A stretch of 63,429 nt of DNA, counting the filler, from Folioceros fuciformis (Eukaryota): the NCBI GenBank assembly GCA_049999805.1. It is 4 parts of 4 records of this genome, joined end to end, with 100 filler letters (N's around TTAATTAATTAA, not from the genome) between each part and the next. Parts side by side here need not be neighbours in the genome. Positions count along the whole stretch, not along the records: positions 1 to 28,824 come from JBNGIO010005394.1; 3 more parts are not named here. One strand, 5' to 3'. A program made the position numbers and the translations under genes. The notes under the pieces were generated by a model. It ran no database searches, was not told the DNA's origin, and saw only the letters and a program-made list of their open reading frames with translations. Positions 1 through 14,400 of the stretch are shown one piece after another (positions within the stretch are counted from its first letter, which is position 1; the number at the start of each line of letters is the position of its first letter).

Positions 1-24
1 AAATGCTACTTTGACTGTGACTCC

Positions 25-610
25 TTGCCCAAGAATATGAGTGTCATCAGGCACGAAAGGGAAAAGGCATTTTCGAAATGCTAAGGCAGTAGAAGACAAC
101 GCACAAAAATGTGTCATTGCAAAAAGAGCACCCCCCAGCGGATCCCCTTGCGTTGTGCTTGTTGCTGAATAAAAAACTGAGACCCCCTCAATAGTCGGGC
201 TGTGTTGGTAGAAGAGCTTGGATGGCGAGCCATAGAAGGAGCGAACAAAAGGGATAAGACTTGCCAATTGACCTCCTGCACTCTTGAGCTCCAAGAAGAT
301 GGTGACCTTAGAGACGGTGTTGAAAGCATTCTCAATATCAACCTGCAAAGCTACTCAGTGAGGATGTAACTCAAGGGCCGCCTGGATGCAGAGAGCGGTA
401 AATTCATACCCACTTGGGATAGCAATTCCAAATTGGTGGGGTGTAAGATGCGCTTGGAAGTACTCCCGAAGTTGAATTGTGATACTTTGGATGATAATGC
501 GCAAAAATACCTCCCCCACAGCAATAGGGTGCACTCCTGAGGTGGGCTTTTTCAATGCAAGTAACTTACTAGCCACCAAAACTTGAGAGATTCGATTGGG
601 AACTTCATCC
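25..610 (-). mobile_element. Degenerate non-LTR retrotransposon reverse transcriptase fragment (CRE/R2-like early-branching clade)
   Basis: Minus-strand translation gives RT motifs LLALKKPTSGVHPIAVGEVFLR, HQFGIAIPSG, VALQVDIENAFN, TQGDPLGG and a PDD (YxDD-like) site, broken by a stop and frameshifts. Confidence 0.72.
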
Positions 611-611
611 C

Positions 612-688
612 TAGCTACAACAATTGCTAGTGTATGAAGCTCCAAAAAATAGCTACAACAATTGCTAGTGTATGAAGCTCCAAAAAAA
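612..688. repeat. 38-bp tandem duplication
   Basis: tagctacaacaattgctagtgtatgaagctccaaaaaa occurs twice in a row at the edge of the RT remnant. Confidence 0.9.
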
Positions 689-952
689 ACCACTTAGAAT
701 TCTATGGAGAAAAATAATGACTAAAGATGCCTTTCTCGATTTGTCCGAAAACACCTCCGTACTGGCCCAGACGTTCTGGGGTTGATGAAAACCGATGTGT
801 GCGTAATATTCATAAGTATACTCAACTACTTCGCCGCCCTCCCAAACTGACCAAGTGCTTGGGTTTGTGTTGTCGTCCTCCTTTGCTCTCACTGTTCCCC
901 GCCGCCTGCTTCAATTCTGCCGCTGTTGGCTGGCCTGGATGCGGGTGTCGCG

Positions 953-3110
953 ATGGCTGAGCAGCAGGCGGCCCCGGCGGCAGGGGCTTCGATGCCGGCC
1001 CGCTGGCGAGCCAACGCCCGAGTTATGCAGCACAGAATCCGGGCCCGGCTCTCCGTTGCCTTTGCCGAAAAATTTTCCGCCTTCTCCTTCCTGAGGCATC
1101 AACCGGGCGTTGCGGTAGCTGGCTGGCGCGGCCGGAGAGGAGCAAGTGCCACCAGCTTGGTGGTGGCGCGCGTCTTCAAGGGCAATGTCATCTTGGCACG
1201 CTTTGCCCGCGCGCCCTCGCCTTCCAGTTTCTCTTCTTCTCCTCCACCGCCCGCAGGCCCTATGTCCCCTTCTTCTGCTGCTGCCGCTTCTGCCGTCGCA
1301 TTTCCCTCTGCTTCGACTCCTTCTGCGGTCGTGTCTCTGCCAGGTGATGCACTTCACTCCATTTCACCTCACTCGACCGTCAGGTTACCTAGTCGTCTCG
1401 CCCTGCCCGCGTGGTGTTGGCAATTCCCTCATTGTGTTTGATTGTCACCACAGATCCAAATCTGGCGGCAGTGGACTCCGCCGTCGTGCGTATGCTGCAA
1501 GCGGTGGCTCTCCCTTTTATTGGGAATGTCTGTCACGCTTTCATGCATGGATTGAACCGAACCCAGGTGCCGCCACCTTCGCCACGAGTCTTATGATGGC
1601 ACACGGTCCAATTCTTGTCTCTAGCAGGATTCCGGTGGTTTGTTTACTCTTTTTGCTGGTGCACAGGTCATTGGCGCACAAAAAATTCAGACGGCTGTTC
1701 TCGAACGGCCTCCCGGTCAAGCCCTAATCACTGTAAGTGGCTCTCAATATTGCGCGTGAAATCCATCCCACCCCCTTACCTTCCTTGGACCGAGTATAGA
1801 AGCCTTGGAACAAGAGCGTGATTTCGGGGTTGACATGTGCTCTCGACAGGTTAGCAATCACGTTGCATCCATGGATGACCCCCTTGTTATTGCATCCATG
1901 CTGCCGCCAAGTATGATGATGAAGGCTAGTAAGTTGCGATGGACTCTTTGTGCCACTGACCGATGCTTTACCAACGTAGCTTCATCAGCTTTTTTTCGCT
2001 GCGTCAAAGTTCTGCCTCTCTCCCGGGGAGCTGGCGTTCATCAGCCGGTGGGTGTTCTTTTTCGTCAAGGTGGATATTGTTAGCTGTGTACAATCCTCTT
2101 TTAGGATTTGGTTACTCACTGGGGATTTCAGGATGTTGCAGGGTCTGGACATCGCTATTTCTAAACTCCGTCAGGGTGATTGGGTACACATTTTCCCAGA
2201 GGGTAGCCGCTCACGAGATGGAGGGAAAACAATCGGGCATGTGAAACGAGGGATTGGAAGGTGGTCTTCAACACCTTCTCATCTGTCCTGATTATCTGTT
2301 TGCCAGTGGTAAGATTAGGCTCTGATTTAGATTCGATGGCTGCCGTCAGGCCTCCTTTCACTCTGACCTGACAAAGTTTACTTACCTCAGGCTGGTGATG
2401 GACCTTGATCACGTGCCCATGGTAGTGCCTTTCGTGCACACGGGCATGCAGGACGTGATGCCAGTTGGTAGCAAGCTGCCCTCTATTTGCAAGCAGGTGT
2501 GTACTCGAAAATTTACCGGTACATGAACGAATGCGCCTTGTTCACTGTTTCTGTTTTTCTCATTTGCTCTGAACATGGCTTGTGTCAGGTGACGGTGCTT
2601 GTTGGAGATCCAATTGATCTAAATGACCTTCTTACAAGTGGCAAAGAACCGGGTCTGCTATATGATGCCATTGCACAACGGGTTGGCAAGAAATTGCACG
2701 ACCTGAAGGCTGAACTCGACGAGATAGTTCTAGACGGCAAGCAAGTCCAGGAAGTGCATGTGTTCGAGAAGAGGGGCGAGCTCTGGGAGTACGTGGATTG
2801 GGATAATAATGGGCCTCTTGGTCATCTCGCATCGCTCAGGACTAAGGACACGTGTCCACCCCTTGACAACGGAACGAGGGCTGGTGAGAGTGAGCGTCCT
2901 CTTGATCCCAGTAGTGCCATAGGTGATTTGAGATATTTGACCGATGAAAATGCGGTCCTGATTGCAACAACGCCATCGTATGCGCTTGCGCAACAGATTT
3001 CCTTCAATTCTCCTTCCTACAGGTTGCGAGCCTTCGTAGACCCATCGACTTTGGTTGGCTTTGCTGCCAGGGGCTTTCTTACCAGCAGCCAGTTAAAAGT
3101 AGCTACTTGA
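953..3110 (+). CDS. TAZ: Tafazzin-like phospholipid/glycerol acyltransferase, 7 exons (approx. 953-1343, 1454-1566, 1667-1732, 1850-2047, 2142-2260, 2391-2496, 2590-3110)
   Basis: Spliced product has VRMLQAVALPFIGNVCHAFMHGLNR, VSNHVASMDD (HxxxxD), LRWTLCATDRCF, WVHIFPEGSRSRDGGK, PMVVPFVHTGMQD and VTVLVGDPI, matching plant tafazzin (At3g05510-like). GT-AG junctions keep the frame. Confidence 0.93.
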
Positions 3111-3675
3111 GGACAAAGCACTTCCGTGTTCATTCTCCTTTTTTTTGTTTGACAATGAAGGACGTCGACGTCTTCATCAGACTACACGAAATTGCAAGAA
3201 GAAAATTCGCCTGACAGGCCGAGGTTATCTGACCGTCGCTCTCACAAAGCAAATACAAAGCCTAGACCCCACCCTGTCCAGACTGCAGCCCTAACAATGA
3301 ATCTCGTGGGATGTCAATTCCGCTGCGAGAAATGCAGGGACCGTGTATCCAGTATACATCTGGTGAATGTTACATCAGTTTCCCATCACGATACTCCGCA
3401 TGACCTCAAAATCACCGGAGGCAAGCATACGCTTAATTTATCAGCCAAATCGTGTGAAGACAGCACCTCTGTCCTCCTGTTTCCTCACCAGAATTCCAGC
3501 GCACTGGCTCTTCCGAATCTACGAGGCGTACGCTTTCATGGAACCTCAAGTCTCAGCACACCTTCCCAGGGAAGTGCACTGCAAGTCCATCCAAATCGCA
3601 AGAGGCATGCAAATAAACCTCTGAGATCGCATCCTTGCTTCCTTGCCAGAAGGACACGACCTGGTTACATAGAAC

Positions 3676-6600
3676 TCAGCTCAGATCAAAACCGGCGCCT
3701 GCAGTTATGGCATAGAGGAGTTTCTCTTGGATCACTTCTTTGCTGCAGATGCAGGAAAAGACTTTGCTCAATACATGATCCGCAAGACGTTACCAAGCCA
3801 AAACGAAAAATTCAAGGCAGCTGATACTCAGTAAGAGGTTTAAGAGCTGGGTTGCAATCGTACAGGTTTCCACCACACATTTCTCACTTTTGCGTTTGCT
3901 TGTACTAAATCAATTGAATTGACGCAATACAGACCTCTTATAAGGCGGAAGCTTCAAGAGATTCATGCAGGTCGCAGAGGTAGGCAGCCGGTCCAGCGTT
4001 TCATCTGATACATCATCTGTCGCAGCTCTGGGAGATCACACTATCATAATACATGAGCACAATAGACAGTAAAGAAGTAGTGAACAATCAGTAAACAATG
4101 CAGAATCCAAATTCATAGGACCTAAGGCTGGCGCTTGTATAAAGTTCTCACCGATGTATACAGAATTGTGGTTCAAGATACTTGAACCCTAATAGAGGTC
4201 CACGAGAGCATCCGGTAACAAATCTGCAGTGGACAAAAAAAATTCGGACATCAGTTGCTAGCCCCTTCACGAACGAAACGAGCTTGTAGCCACAAAACCA
4301 TTTGAACAACGAAAAGTTAGAACATGACTTCACACGTAGGACTGAACACGTACTTCAAAAATTTCTGTTGAAGCTCTGAGTCGAGAGTTCTAACTACCTC
4401 CCAGAACATTTCAATCACAGGATGATGCTGCCATGTGCGGGGGCAAACAAAACATTATGCTTTAGCTGTTCTATTGTCGAATTGTGCACGAATAAACACT
4501 AATTTAAGCCCACTTACCTCATGGTAGCCATTTGTATAATGCACATTTGAGNNNNNNNNNNNNNNNNNNNNNNNNNNNNNNNNNNNNNNNNNNNNNNNNN
4601 NNNNNNNNNNNNNNNNNNNNNNNNNNNNNNNNNNNNNNNNNNNNNNNNNNNGTATAATGCACATTTGAGCGAAGATCATTTACATCCATTCCTTCATGTG
4701 AGCCTGATATAAGAACCTGTTGAAGACCAAACATTTGCAAATGGGAGTGCCTCCAAATGACTTCCGATTCCTACTTATGAAAAGCTACATGCAATCACCA
4801 CACAGGTCAGCTGTACCTGTAGCTCTTGCTCATTGAACATGTCAATCCATTCTGTCTTTATCAACTGCTGAAATCCAACAAGGAAGTGGCGGCTTTGCTG
4901 ACGTATCTGGAGCCACAAAAGTCCGCCAACCACAATGAGTTGATGATACATAAATATGCGAGAGTATGCTATGAATGGCACAAGCTTCCTTCTTTTGTTG
5001 AAGAAAAAGACAAGGAAAAGGTATCACAGGACACTATCACGCACCTGACTGTTCAGGCGGTGATTCGCAACATAGTGGATATACTTTATCACATTGGAAT
5101 TTGTCACAGGTATGTCCTTGCCACCTGGTTCCAGTTCCACCTCATCTTGTTCACCATACTCATTGTTTACCACTACAAAGAACAGATTCAACTGTGACAG
5201 ATCTCCTTCATAGTGCTGCATAGCAAGGCCCACACAGGTGAGACCGGATCAACGAAACAAGTTGTGCTCCTGAACATATACTTCATGAACATCTACCTTC
5301 AAGAACAAAAGGTTGCGATAGAGCCCAGGGTCAAGAGATGGAAGATCATGCAAATAGTTGTATCTGCAAGATACATAAAACACATTGTCTTCACATTGAT
5401 GTCGGACGTGCATAACTCACAACAAACTCTATAATTAGAGCCAGCTAAAAGACAGCAAAAAGCCCCTCACAAAAAGAGGCCCGGTGCATGGACTCACGAT
5501 TCAGAGCAAACAATTCATGCTCTGCTATGCCAGGTGACAAGTGGGCGAGGATGTTTTTCAGAAATATCGCTACCCACAACAGTCATACTTGCTAGTTTCA
5601 CAAGCATAAAGCTCCTTAAATAAAAAAAGCCACAATACCCTTAGAGTACAAACAGGACCCAGTTCTCTATCACGACCCCTCAGGCATATTTGAAAAGTAC
5701 CCGCATAGCAAACAATGAAGAGAGAAGGTAAAGCTTACTTGTTTCGCAGTTTGCTCAGGAAAAATGTAGCAAAAGGAATATCCACCAAGATGCCTTCAAA
5801 CATAGCCTACATACAAAAATAATTGTCTAAGCCTCATGAATAAATCAGCCTTTACAGAGAAAATTACCAGCAAACACGACAAGCGTAGCCCAGAATCGAG
5901 CTTCTCTTCCAGCACTGAATTTGGCACACACAAAACTTTCAGAGAGTTATTCCTCACCTTTCCCAGAATCTTTCCAAGAAACTGGAAGTATTGCAGATGA
6001 TCATCATGAGCCATGTGAGAAGCTGGATTTGGATACAAAAGATGATCCGCCGTTTCCTGAAATATTCATCACAACAAACAAGCAGTTACTTTTGTTACCT
6101 GAAGAACATCAACCGTGGAGGAAAAAAAGATTCACAGATACCAGAGGCCTTTCTTACCTTAAACAGGCCATACTGTATGTCGAAAGCTGCCTTTGTAATG
6201 TTCTCCATGAAATCTTTGAATAGCCCACCACCATCAACTCCTGCTTCTTCCACACCAAGCTCGTTCACAAAGGAGACTTGAATCTGCAAAATCCAGTGAT
6301 GGAAATTAAGAAGGTTGGCGATGAAAATTCCCGGCGTAGTTGAATGAATGACCACTAAAATGTGCCCTGACGTACACAAGTGCTGATCTGAATGTCATTT
6401 ACCGTGCCACGCAAGACCTCCTCTGGCAAACTGTTCAGCTGAGAAAATGCATCTTCAATTATGCGATCTCTCCGTATATTTACTCGTAGCCTTGAGAATA
6501 TCGTGTGTGGTGAACTTTGCTGCCTAGCTGCACTAACTTGCGACTGCAAAAATACTTCAATAACCAGCTCACAGCAGTATCCAAAACTCGACAGTACCTT

Positions 6601-9600
6601 GGCTGCTCTTATTTTGGGTAAAGGACACATGCTATCAGGCAGAAGTGTAAGGGCAAAACAAATTACACATTCTACTCTCGGTCTCCCAGGGAGATGGCAG
6701 TGATCTAAATCCACAGGTGTGAAAACTAGCTGTGATCCCCAATACCTTTCATACCAGGCACTATCCCTTCTTCCACATCTCCAGCAAGTACAAAACTCAG
6801 TTCAACCAACACCATTAGTTCATGCACCACATGCCCAGCCCGTAGCTTGGGTCATAAGGAGATCTTACGTACAGTGTAAATGCGCACTCGATCAGTGAAA
6901 GGCACAAGAAATGGGGCTTGATGCAGTAAGTCACGGGCCCTTGTATTCTCTGTTTCAGCCTGTGGAGCTGAAACTTGTCACAACCACTATTTCCAGATCT
7001 CAGAATGCAACTGTGATGATCAGCAGAAATGACCCATGACCTGAGTAAAAAAGTTCTCATCGACTGCCTCCCTTGCGTGGAAAGTTTGTGGCTTTGTGAA
7101 AGCCCTTCTGCTATTGCGATCATGCAACTGCCAAACAAAGCAATGAATGCTATCAAATATTTACCAGATAAACTTGAAGATAACCAAGCTTGCTTAAGCC
7201 AAGCACCAGCTCAAATAGTGACCTCAGCTAAAAGTCGAGCAGCCTCTGCACTGACACTTTGTCGCATAAATTGTGAGGAAAATATCCTATGTCGGTTAGA
7301 TGGCACTTGGATTGCCTTTTGAGTGGTAGAAAATGGTCCAAAACCACTCTTCGAGGTGAGGACCCACAGCAACTGCCAGAGCCACTACAACAACACCGTC
7401 CATAGAATGAGAGATCAGAAAAGAGCCTCAAGGATCACCCAGACTGACAGGGAGAATTGTAAGCACAATGGTAAGCAGCAATTTACCTCCTTAAGGATAA
7501 TCACAAGCTGTGCAAGATCATCAAGCCTAAGAGGTCGCTGTTGCTCATAGAATTCCTCATTATCAATACTTGTTAGTAAATAGCTGGTCACATAGAACGG
7601 AGGCATTAATGACAGGAACCATCATGCTAACAGAAGCAGACCAGTAACCACCAGAACTTCAAATGCCACAATAACATACACACCTATATACAGAAGAAAA
7701 CACAGCAAGGGGCAGCATCCAGCCCATAAGATCAGGAGGCAACACGTTTTCAGTGGGCGTTTTGCTCCACAAATCCAATGCTGGCCAAGAATGACCAAGA
7801 TGACACCGCTTCATGTACTGCCAGAGGTGTGGAACCAAATTGCCCTTATACGCAAGGCCAGTCACAACAGCCTTCTTTGGCAAAATTGTGAATATAGCGA
7901 AGAAGAAAGCACACGCAGCACCAACTGCTCCAGCTTCCGTAGATGATGGAGGTTCAGAAAGACCACTCATCTCTGAGCCAGCACCAGAAAATACAACCCT
8001 CACCTGCATACATCCCAACCATGTAAATCGAGATGCCCGCTTCCACATTCACAAAAGATCAATGAAACGTGAGGGTGGGTGACATCACACCAGATGGTGC
8101 AGCAACTCGTAATTTGCTGCTTGTTGAACCTGCTCCTCCAATTCAGGTGCAGAAACAGCTGGCTTTGTTGCCGCTACTCCATCAATCTCCATCTCATCAT
8201 CAGATCCTGAAAACTCGGAAGGCCAAATCAGCAATGGCAAAAGATGTAGGACACAGCAAAGTTTCAGGAAAATCACGACATACACAATTTTAGCACGAGC
8301 ACTCTGCCTTTTCAGACCAACAATCAGAGTTCCAGACATGTACAGGACTGGCATTACCTTCTTCGTTAGTGTCTGCTACAGATTTGAAAAATTGAGGTGG
8401 TAGCTCCTCCATCAGACACCTAGCAACAACCGAAAAATCCGTAGCCTGCGATCAGACCCACCATCTTGATGAGTCCACACTTCATGCATTGCACAAAGAA
8501 GAGACAAAAGCAATCACAATCATACCAGTTGAAGGTCACCCTGTGGTTGTGATAGCGCTGCAGCTGCAACCTCTATCAAATTACCCAGAAGACAGATGCT
8601 TGATGGAAAACCCGGAGTTGTATCTGGAGGCAGGACAGTAAGGCATTGTGGTAAAGACGATGCCAGCTGGTGGACCGAGAAAGCCCAGAGGCCATTACTT
8701 ACACACGCCTGATACAACCCCAACAAGTTACAAAATGCCAAAGTTTAGATTTTGAGCCTGTAAGATCATCGATCTGCACATCTAAGAACCAATACAACCA
8801 CTATGTTCATTCAGTATCTACAAAAGCTCCTCTATCACGTCCAGTCCAAAGTCGGGGGCTTCACACACTACTACCAGCCTAATACAAGGGTAATACCTGC
8901 TTCAAAGAAGGAAAGTGCTGCCATAGCAACGGGATTGTCAGGACTTGGGTGGCAAAGGTGCAATCCAGAGAGGTGTAATTTTTCTCCTGCACTCTGTGCA
9001 AGTACCGGGAAACCAGCACAAGGATGGCATGCTCTATGTAGCTAGCGCTTTCTGCATAAGACCTGCTTTCTGGTTTCTGCCCAAAATGCATCCACCATCG
9101 GCAGTGTTATGGATAAATTTGAGGCCCCAATAAAGGATGTGACGAAATAATTCATAAAGAGAGAGAGGAACAGCAATCAAAGCGCCATTATGCATACCAG
9201 TCTCAGCAGAATATTTCGGATAAGGTGAAACAATCTGCACTGCATAAGGTAATCAATCACTGCCCCAGTCCAGGGGAGAGCATTTTCAGTCAGGGTGAGA
9301 ACCGTTTCCAGCAGCATGGCACCTGAATTGAGCACTGACCCCGTTCGTTCAGCAGGCAAAAGCAGCTCTGCCTTGAGTGTCTCACTATGAGGACAGCAGT
9401 AAAACGGTGCAGGAACACATTAGAAAGAGACAGTTCGAGTATCTACTTGATGTCTTACAATACCCCCTCATTGGGCTCATGACGAGCCTGAGCAGAGGTC
9501 GAGCCCTGCTGTATGGCATAGAGGAGGACGATAAGAACCACTTACATGTTCCCATGAATGGCCTGCATACAAAGGCTTGCAAGACGCTTCACACGGTGCT

Positions 9601-10446
9601 CCACCGTGGTCCTATCAGTCGGACGACAATTGTCTGTGAAAACAGCCTGAACACTTCCTGCAACATGGCAGCCAGTGGTGGCGGTAGACCAATCCAATGA
9701 GTCGGGAAACAGATGCAAAAGCTCTTTCAATCTGCATCACAAGGAGGAAAGAAGACGGTGCTTAACCAGTGCAACAAGCCTCTCATGCACACATCCTAAA
9801 TCCTGGATCCCGGAGGAGCTCTCCTCACCTGTTTCACTTACGCACGTGAGCAGCAATCGGCAGGCGGAGACCAGACGGATGAAGTCAGTAGGATCATCCG
9901 GCCGGTAAAAAAATAACAGTTCAGTAAGAAATTTGGATGCAGGCTTGAACGCAGCCCTGGTCAGCCCAAGTAGCAAAACGATAACACATTAGAGCTATGC
10001 AAAGCTGACGCCCAAACACTGCGGCAATTCGAAAGCTCAAAGCTAACCTGTCAGCCCTTTCACCATGCTCTCCAAAAGCTTGACAAAAATCTTGACGAAC
10101 CATAGGCCGCTGGAAGGCCACATCCTTCCTTCCTCTGAAACATTTCTGTGATAACACAAGCATGCGTGAGAGCAGCCCTAACGCCTGTTGCCGGAATCGA
10201 ACCGGTCAAAGTGACTGAATCCTTTGACACGGTGAGCACCATGAGATGAAGGCAGAAAAGGGTGAATGTAGCTGGAATGAAACTAACCTGGATGCGGGTG
10301 GCACTGAGGGTGCGTTGTCGCAGACGTTGGCGTTGCTCCCGCTCACTGCGCACGCGCTCCACGTGCTTGAGTCGGTCCTCTTCCTTGCTGCTTCTGCCGC
10401 CCAAGTCTACCTTTCTCCTACTGGACGGGTCACCGGTGAAGAACAT
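3676..10446 (-). CDS. UPL6: HECT-domain E3 ubiquitin ligase UPL6-like (multi-exon, N-terminal IQ motif)
   Basis: N-terminus [26 protein letters not shown] motifs [67 protein letters not shown] and [16 protein letters not shown]. Ends [15 protein letters not shown] (stop 3676-3678). One exon is crossed by the N gap at 4552-4651. Confidence 0.94.
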
Positions 10447-11172
10447 AATTGGGCTGGCCTTGCTGCGAACACGCAACCTTCGCCCACGATTTGAAGCAAT
10501 TCGCTTGCTCTTCCTTTGCGTGCGTAAGCACTATCCCGATTCCTTCACTGGGTCGATGCACCGGATCCTTCCTCCCTCACAACATAGTGCATAGCTTTTC
10601 CGGCTTGGGTTGCTGCCATGCTTGCCTGTATCGCGCTCTGGTGCCGAAACACAAGCCTGTACCTACATATGCATATAGACCCATTGAACCTGGTAAGTCG
10701 TTCTTCTTTTCTCGTTCAGAATGGACGACCCGAGAATGGTACCAAGTATTTAAAATGAGCAAGGTGATCTTGTATAAATATTATATAATAACGAAAGACT
10801 TTATTATAAAAGAAGAGATAGAAACTCGTCTATCCTAAAAATAAGAAGTAGGACAAATCAACTAAGGGTACTTAAATTAGGAGACCATCAATCTGAAGAC
10901 TATAGAATAAAAGAGATTGAAGTCCATCTACTCCGTGAGGGGAACAACCCACAATAGGGAAAAGCCAAGAATGGAGGCCTAACCCTCTCATCTGCCTAGC
11001 CTATAACTCCCTATCGCCCATAAGATNNNNNNNNNNNNNNNNNNNNNNNNNNNNNNNNNNNNNNNNNNNNNNNNNNNNNNNNNNNNNNNNNNNNNNNNNN
11101 NNNNNNNNNNNNNNNNNNNNNNNNNNTCGCCCATAAGATGTATGGCCTACTTACCACTGGGGCTGTTGAATT

Positions 11173-11410
11173 GCATCTAATGTGCTTAATGTTGTCCGAA
11201 TAATCATATTTGCCAAGGCCCTCTATGTAGCGCAATCGAAATTAGAAGAAGCCGCATCTAATGTGCTTGATGTTGTCCGAATAATCACGTTAGCCAAGGC
11301 CCTCTTTGTAGCGCAATGGAAATTAGGAGAAGCCGCATCTGATGTGCTTGATGTTGTCTGAATAATCACGTTTGCCAAGGCCTCTTTGTAGCACAATCGA
11401 AATTAGAAGA
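11173..11410. repeat. 81-bp tandem repeat, about 3 diverged copies
   Basis: Units start with gcatct at 11173, 11254 and 11335 and share atgtgctt.atgttgtc.gaataatca...gccaaggcc. Confidence 0.9.
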
Positions 11411-14400
11411 CTAGTCCTCACCTTTAAGGATGTGGTAATTATGAACCTCGAAAACTTTCGAGTCAAGGTGAAATGGTGTGCCCACCATGGAAATGCGAAG
11501 AGCAAAGAAGTTGCTTCCCTATATTCTCTTCTCTAGTGTCCTATACACCCAATAATAGCCAATGTTCCTTATAGAGGGATGAATATCTTCTACCAAAAGC
11601 AAGCAACTTAACAAGAAAGGAAAAGACTAGCCCCTATCTTATGGCTGTAATAGGCCCTAGGGCATGTTTTTAAACACTTGAAAGACTTTACCCATGGCCC
11701 CATGAGTCTTAATGGTGAAGGGGATGAGTGTATTGTTATACTACATAGGAGAGTATTTTGAGATCTTAGCTATTGCACAACCTTCTATCGTCCATCCCAA
11801 AGGGTTTAGAATAACATGGTCACATACTTGTCCTAGGTTGGATCAATAACAACCACATTTGCAATAAAACTCTTATCCATAAGATCAAAACCCAAAGGAA
11901 AACCACATTAAACAACATGTAGGGGTGATCTCTACATGGGAAGAAGTCAAAACTGGGTCAACTCAAAGGAAAACCATATTAAACAACATATAAGAGTGCT
12001 CACCTCTAAAATACCTCTCCAACAAGGGTAGGGCACACCTTAAAAACATGCTCTCCATCACCTTGTAGACTTTATAGTCTGACATGCTTAACGACCCACA
12101 AAACTACCAACGCGTAAACGTAGTAGTGCCCCAAACTACTATCCCAGAGCCAGGTTTGTATGGTGTTGTAGAGGACCCCCTCCACAACCTTAAACCCTAA
12201 AACCCAAAGAAACAAGGCGGGTGGGAACGGGCTGCAGATCACGTGCCATTAACCCAAGATGTAGTGAGAACATGGATTGTGGTCCTCAGAACACTGAGTG
12301 AGGTCCCAAGGCAAGGTCCCGATGCAGGGTGATAACATTTCAGTGAGAACCCAATCCCGAAATCCACCTTATCGATGCCACTAGACGAGCTTGATCTCAG
12401 GTCTTAACCTTCTTCTGAGCCCTAATAGACATACGGCATGCCAAAGCAAACACTCTCTCACTGTAGCTATTTTAATGGTTTCTCCTAGGGTATCTTCGCA
12501 AATCTTCTCTTTCGATACCTAGTTTTTTTTATTTTTCCTTTGACAAACCTATTAAACTAGTCTTTGCACCAAAGGGGACATGGCTCAACAATCAGAACCA
12601 TGTAGGAGTAGGTTGTGGTTGGCTGGTTGTGGTTGCGACAGTAGGGTTCAGGGTGGAGGAGATGTCACTAAGATGGTTGTAATGGCCACCACTACATTTG
12701 AGGGTAGTTTGACACATTTTTTGTAACATTTTTGTACCTACATTTGTCACAGGTTGTAACATGATGTAATTCTATTCTCATGACCTAGGGTCGAGGCCTG
12801 TAACCGTGTGTTGATCTATCCCTTATACTTATACTGTAATGAAGTACGTTACATGTTAAGTACATCTTGGGTATCATGTGTCTCGTTTAGCCCTTTTTGT
12901 TTTTGCTTCATGACCTTTGGTCTTCCTCCTTCGCTCCCATACCACATTCCAGACTGGCCACTTCTACTGCTTCAGCCTTGGTCATATTTGTGTCCACCAC
13001 AATATTATGCTGTACTGCTTCCTGCTCAACCATATTTGTGTCCACCACAACATCAGGTACGTGATGCTCTTTCGGTGTACCCACGTCCTTCTCTACACTA
13101 GACTTTGTCTCAATAGTTCCATCACCCCTTCCTCTCTTTCCACTACAGCTCTCGGCTAAGCTTGTGAAGTCTCTGTTAGCCTCTTGCTTCATTCTTGCTT
13201 TACATTTGCTTGCTCCATGCATGTCCATCATCCTTGGTGCAATTCTTTCATGTAAAAACCCTCGCGTTACTGTTCTACGATTAACCTACATGCTAGTACA
13301 AATGCCTTGCCCATGTGTAGTCCTCCTCTCCACTCTCACACACTCACAGATGTCAGCAATGAGCAATGAGCAACTCGTTGCCCCATTGTTTGCGCTAGCA
13401 ACGGAGTAGGAGGCTGTAAGGGACCAAGGTAGAGAAAATGGAGCCTGAAATGGCTAGATGCCGAGTGGCTTGAGGGTAGAAAGCCCAAACACTGCAAGGT
13501 GCCCGGTAACAATGGATGGGGGCGCAATCGTGCTTGTTGAAAGGCAGGCACGGGTCCCAAAAGGTTTGCTTGCAAGGTGGTGGCATGTTTTCAGTCGATT
13601 TTCAAGGCATGTGCACAAATGTCCTGTTTGGCCTTGACCCAAAAACTCGCATATGCGTCAAAGGGAACACGTGTAGCCTCTGTTTGTAAAAATACCTAGA
13701 GAGAGGCAACGCACCCCCTCTAGCATGCCATACAAACGAACTATGTCGGAAAGATGAAGAGTTAATTAAGAGCAAAGGCCTAAGGGTTCAGCTTGTCGGA
13801 TGGTGTATTTGCCAATTTAAGACTACGGTTGTTGGCGAGAGTTGAGGTCTTCAACGTGGTGAGAGTTGAGGTCTTCAGCACCACTGACCATAATTTAGGG
13901 TAAGAGTCTATGTCATGCCAAAGGGGACACTCCCTCTCTCTATGTATTTTATTGTTTTCTCTCAAAGTATCTACTAGAATATCCATCCTCCATTTACGGG
14001 AAGTCGACGTCCGGTTTGGGCATCCTTACAAACTGGACACTGCACCAAAGCGGACACAACAAGCACACAGAAGCATACATAGCCTAACCTCAAAAGCATA
14101 GGAACATAGGCTTACAGTTTCAATGTAGTGGAAGCGGTGAATCCCTAGTTTTTTGCAACTCATACCCTATTTTTGATGGTGCAAACTCTTAGCATCATTG
14201 CGAACGTGATTTTTGGAGCTAATCTAATTACTCATATATGTTATGATAAAAATTTACACGTTTAGAATGCCCACAATCACAAGGTTGCAACTCACTCGTT
14301 CTCTGGGCATTGCACGTTCCATGCATTTGCAACCACTCTCTCATTCTCTATGCACCATGCATTCCAGGCATTTACAACTGCTGAACTTTATGCCATGGGA

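Noticed and set aside
3192-3824. 210-aa + strand ORF after tafazzin
   Set aside because: Non-ATG start, no recognisable domain, and it overlaps the last UPL6 exon and 3' UTR in antisense.
4534-4669. Identical gtataatgcacatttgag on both sides of the N gap (likewise tcgcccataagat around 11027-11126)
   Set aside because: Overlapping contig ends left unmerged; an assembly artefact, not a TSD or real repeat.
11173-11410. Regularly spaced repeats suggesting a CRISPR array
   Set aside because: Whole units repeat with no unique spacers, there are no cas genes, and the context is eukaryotic.
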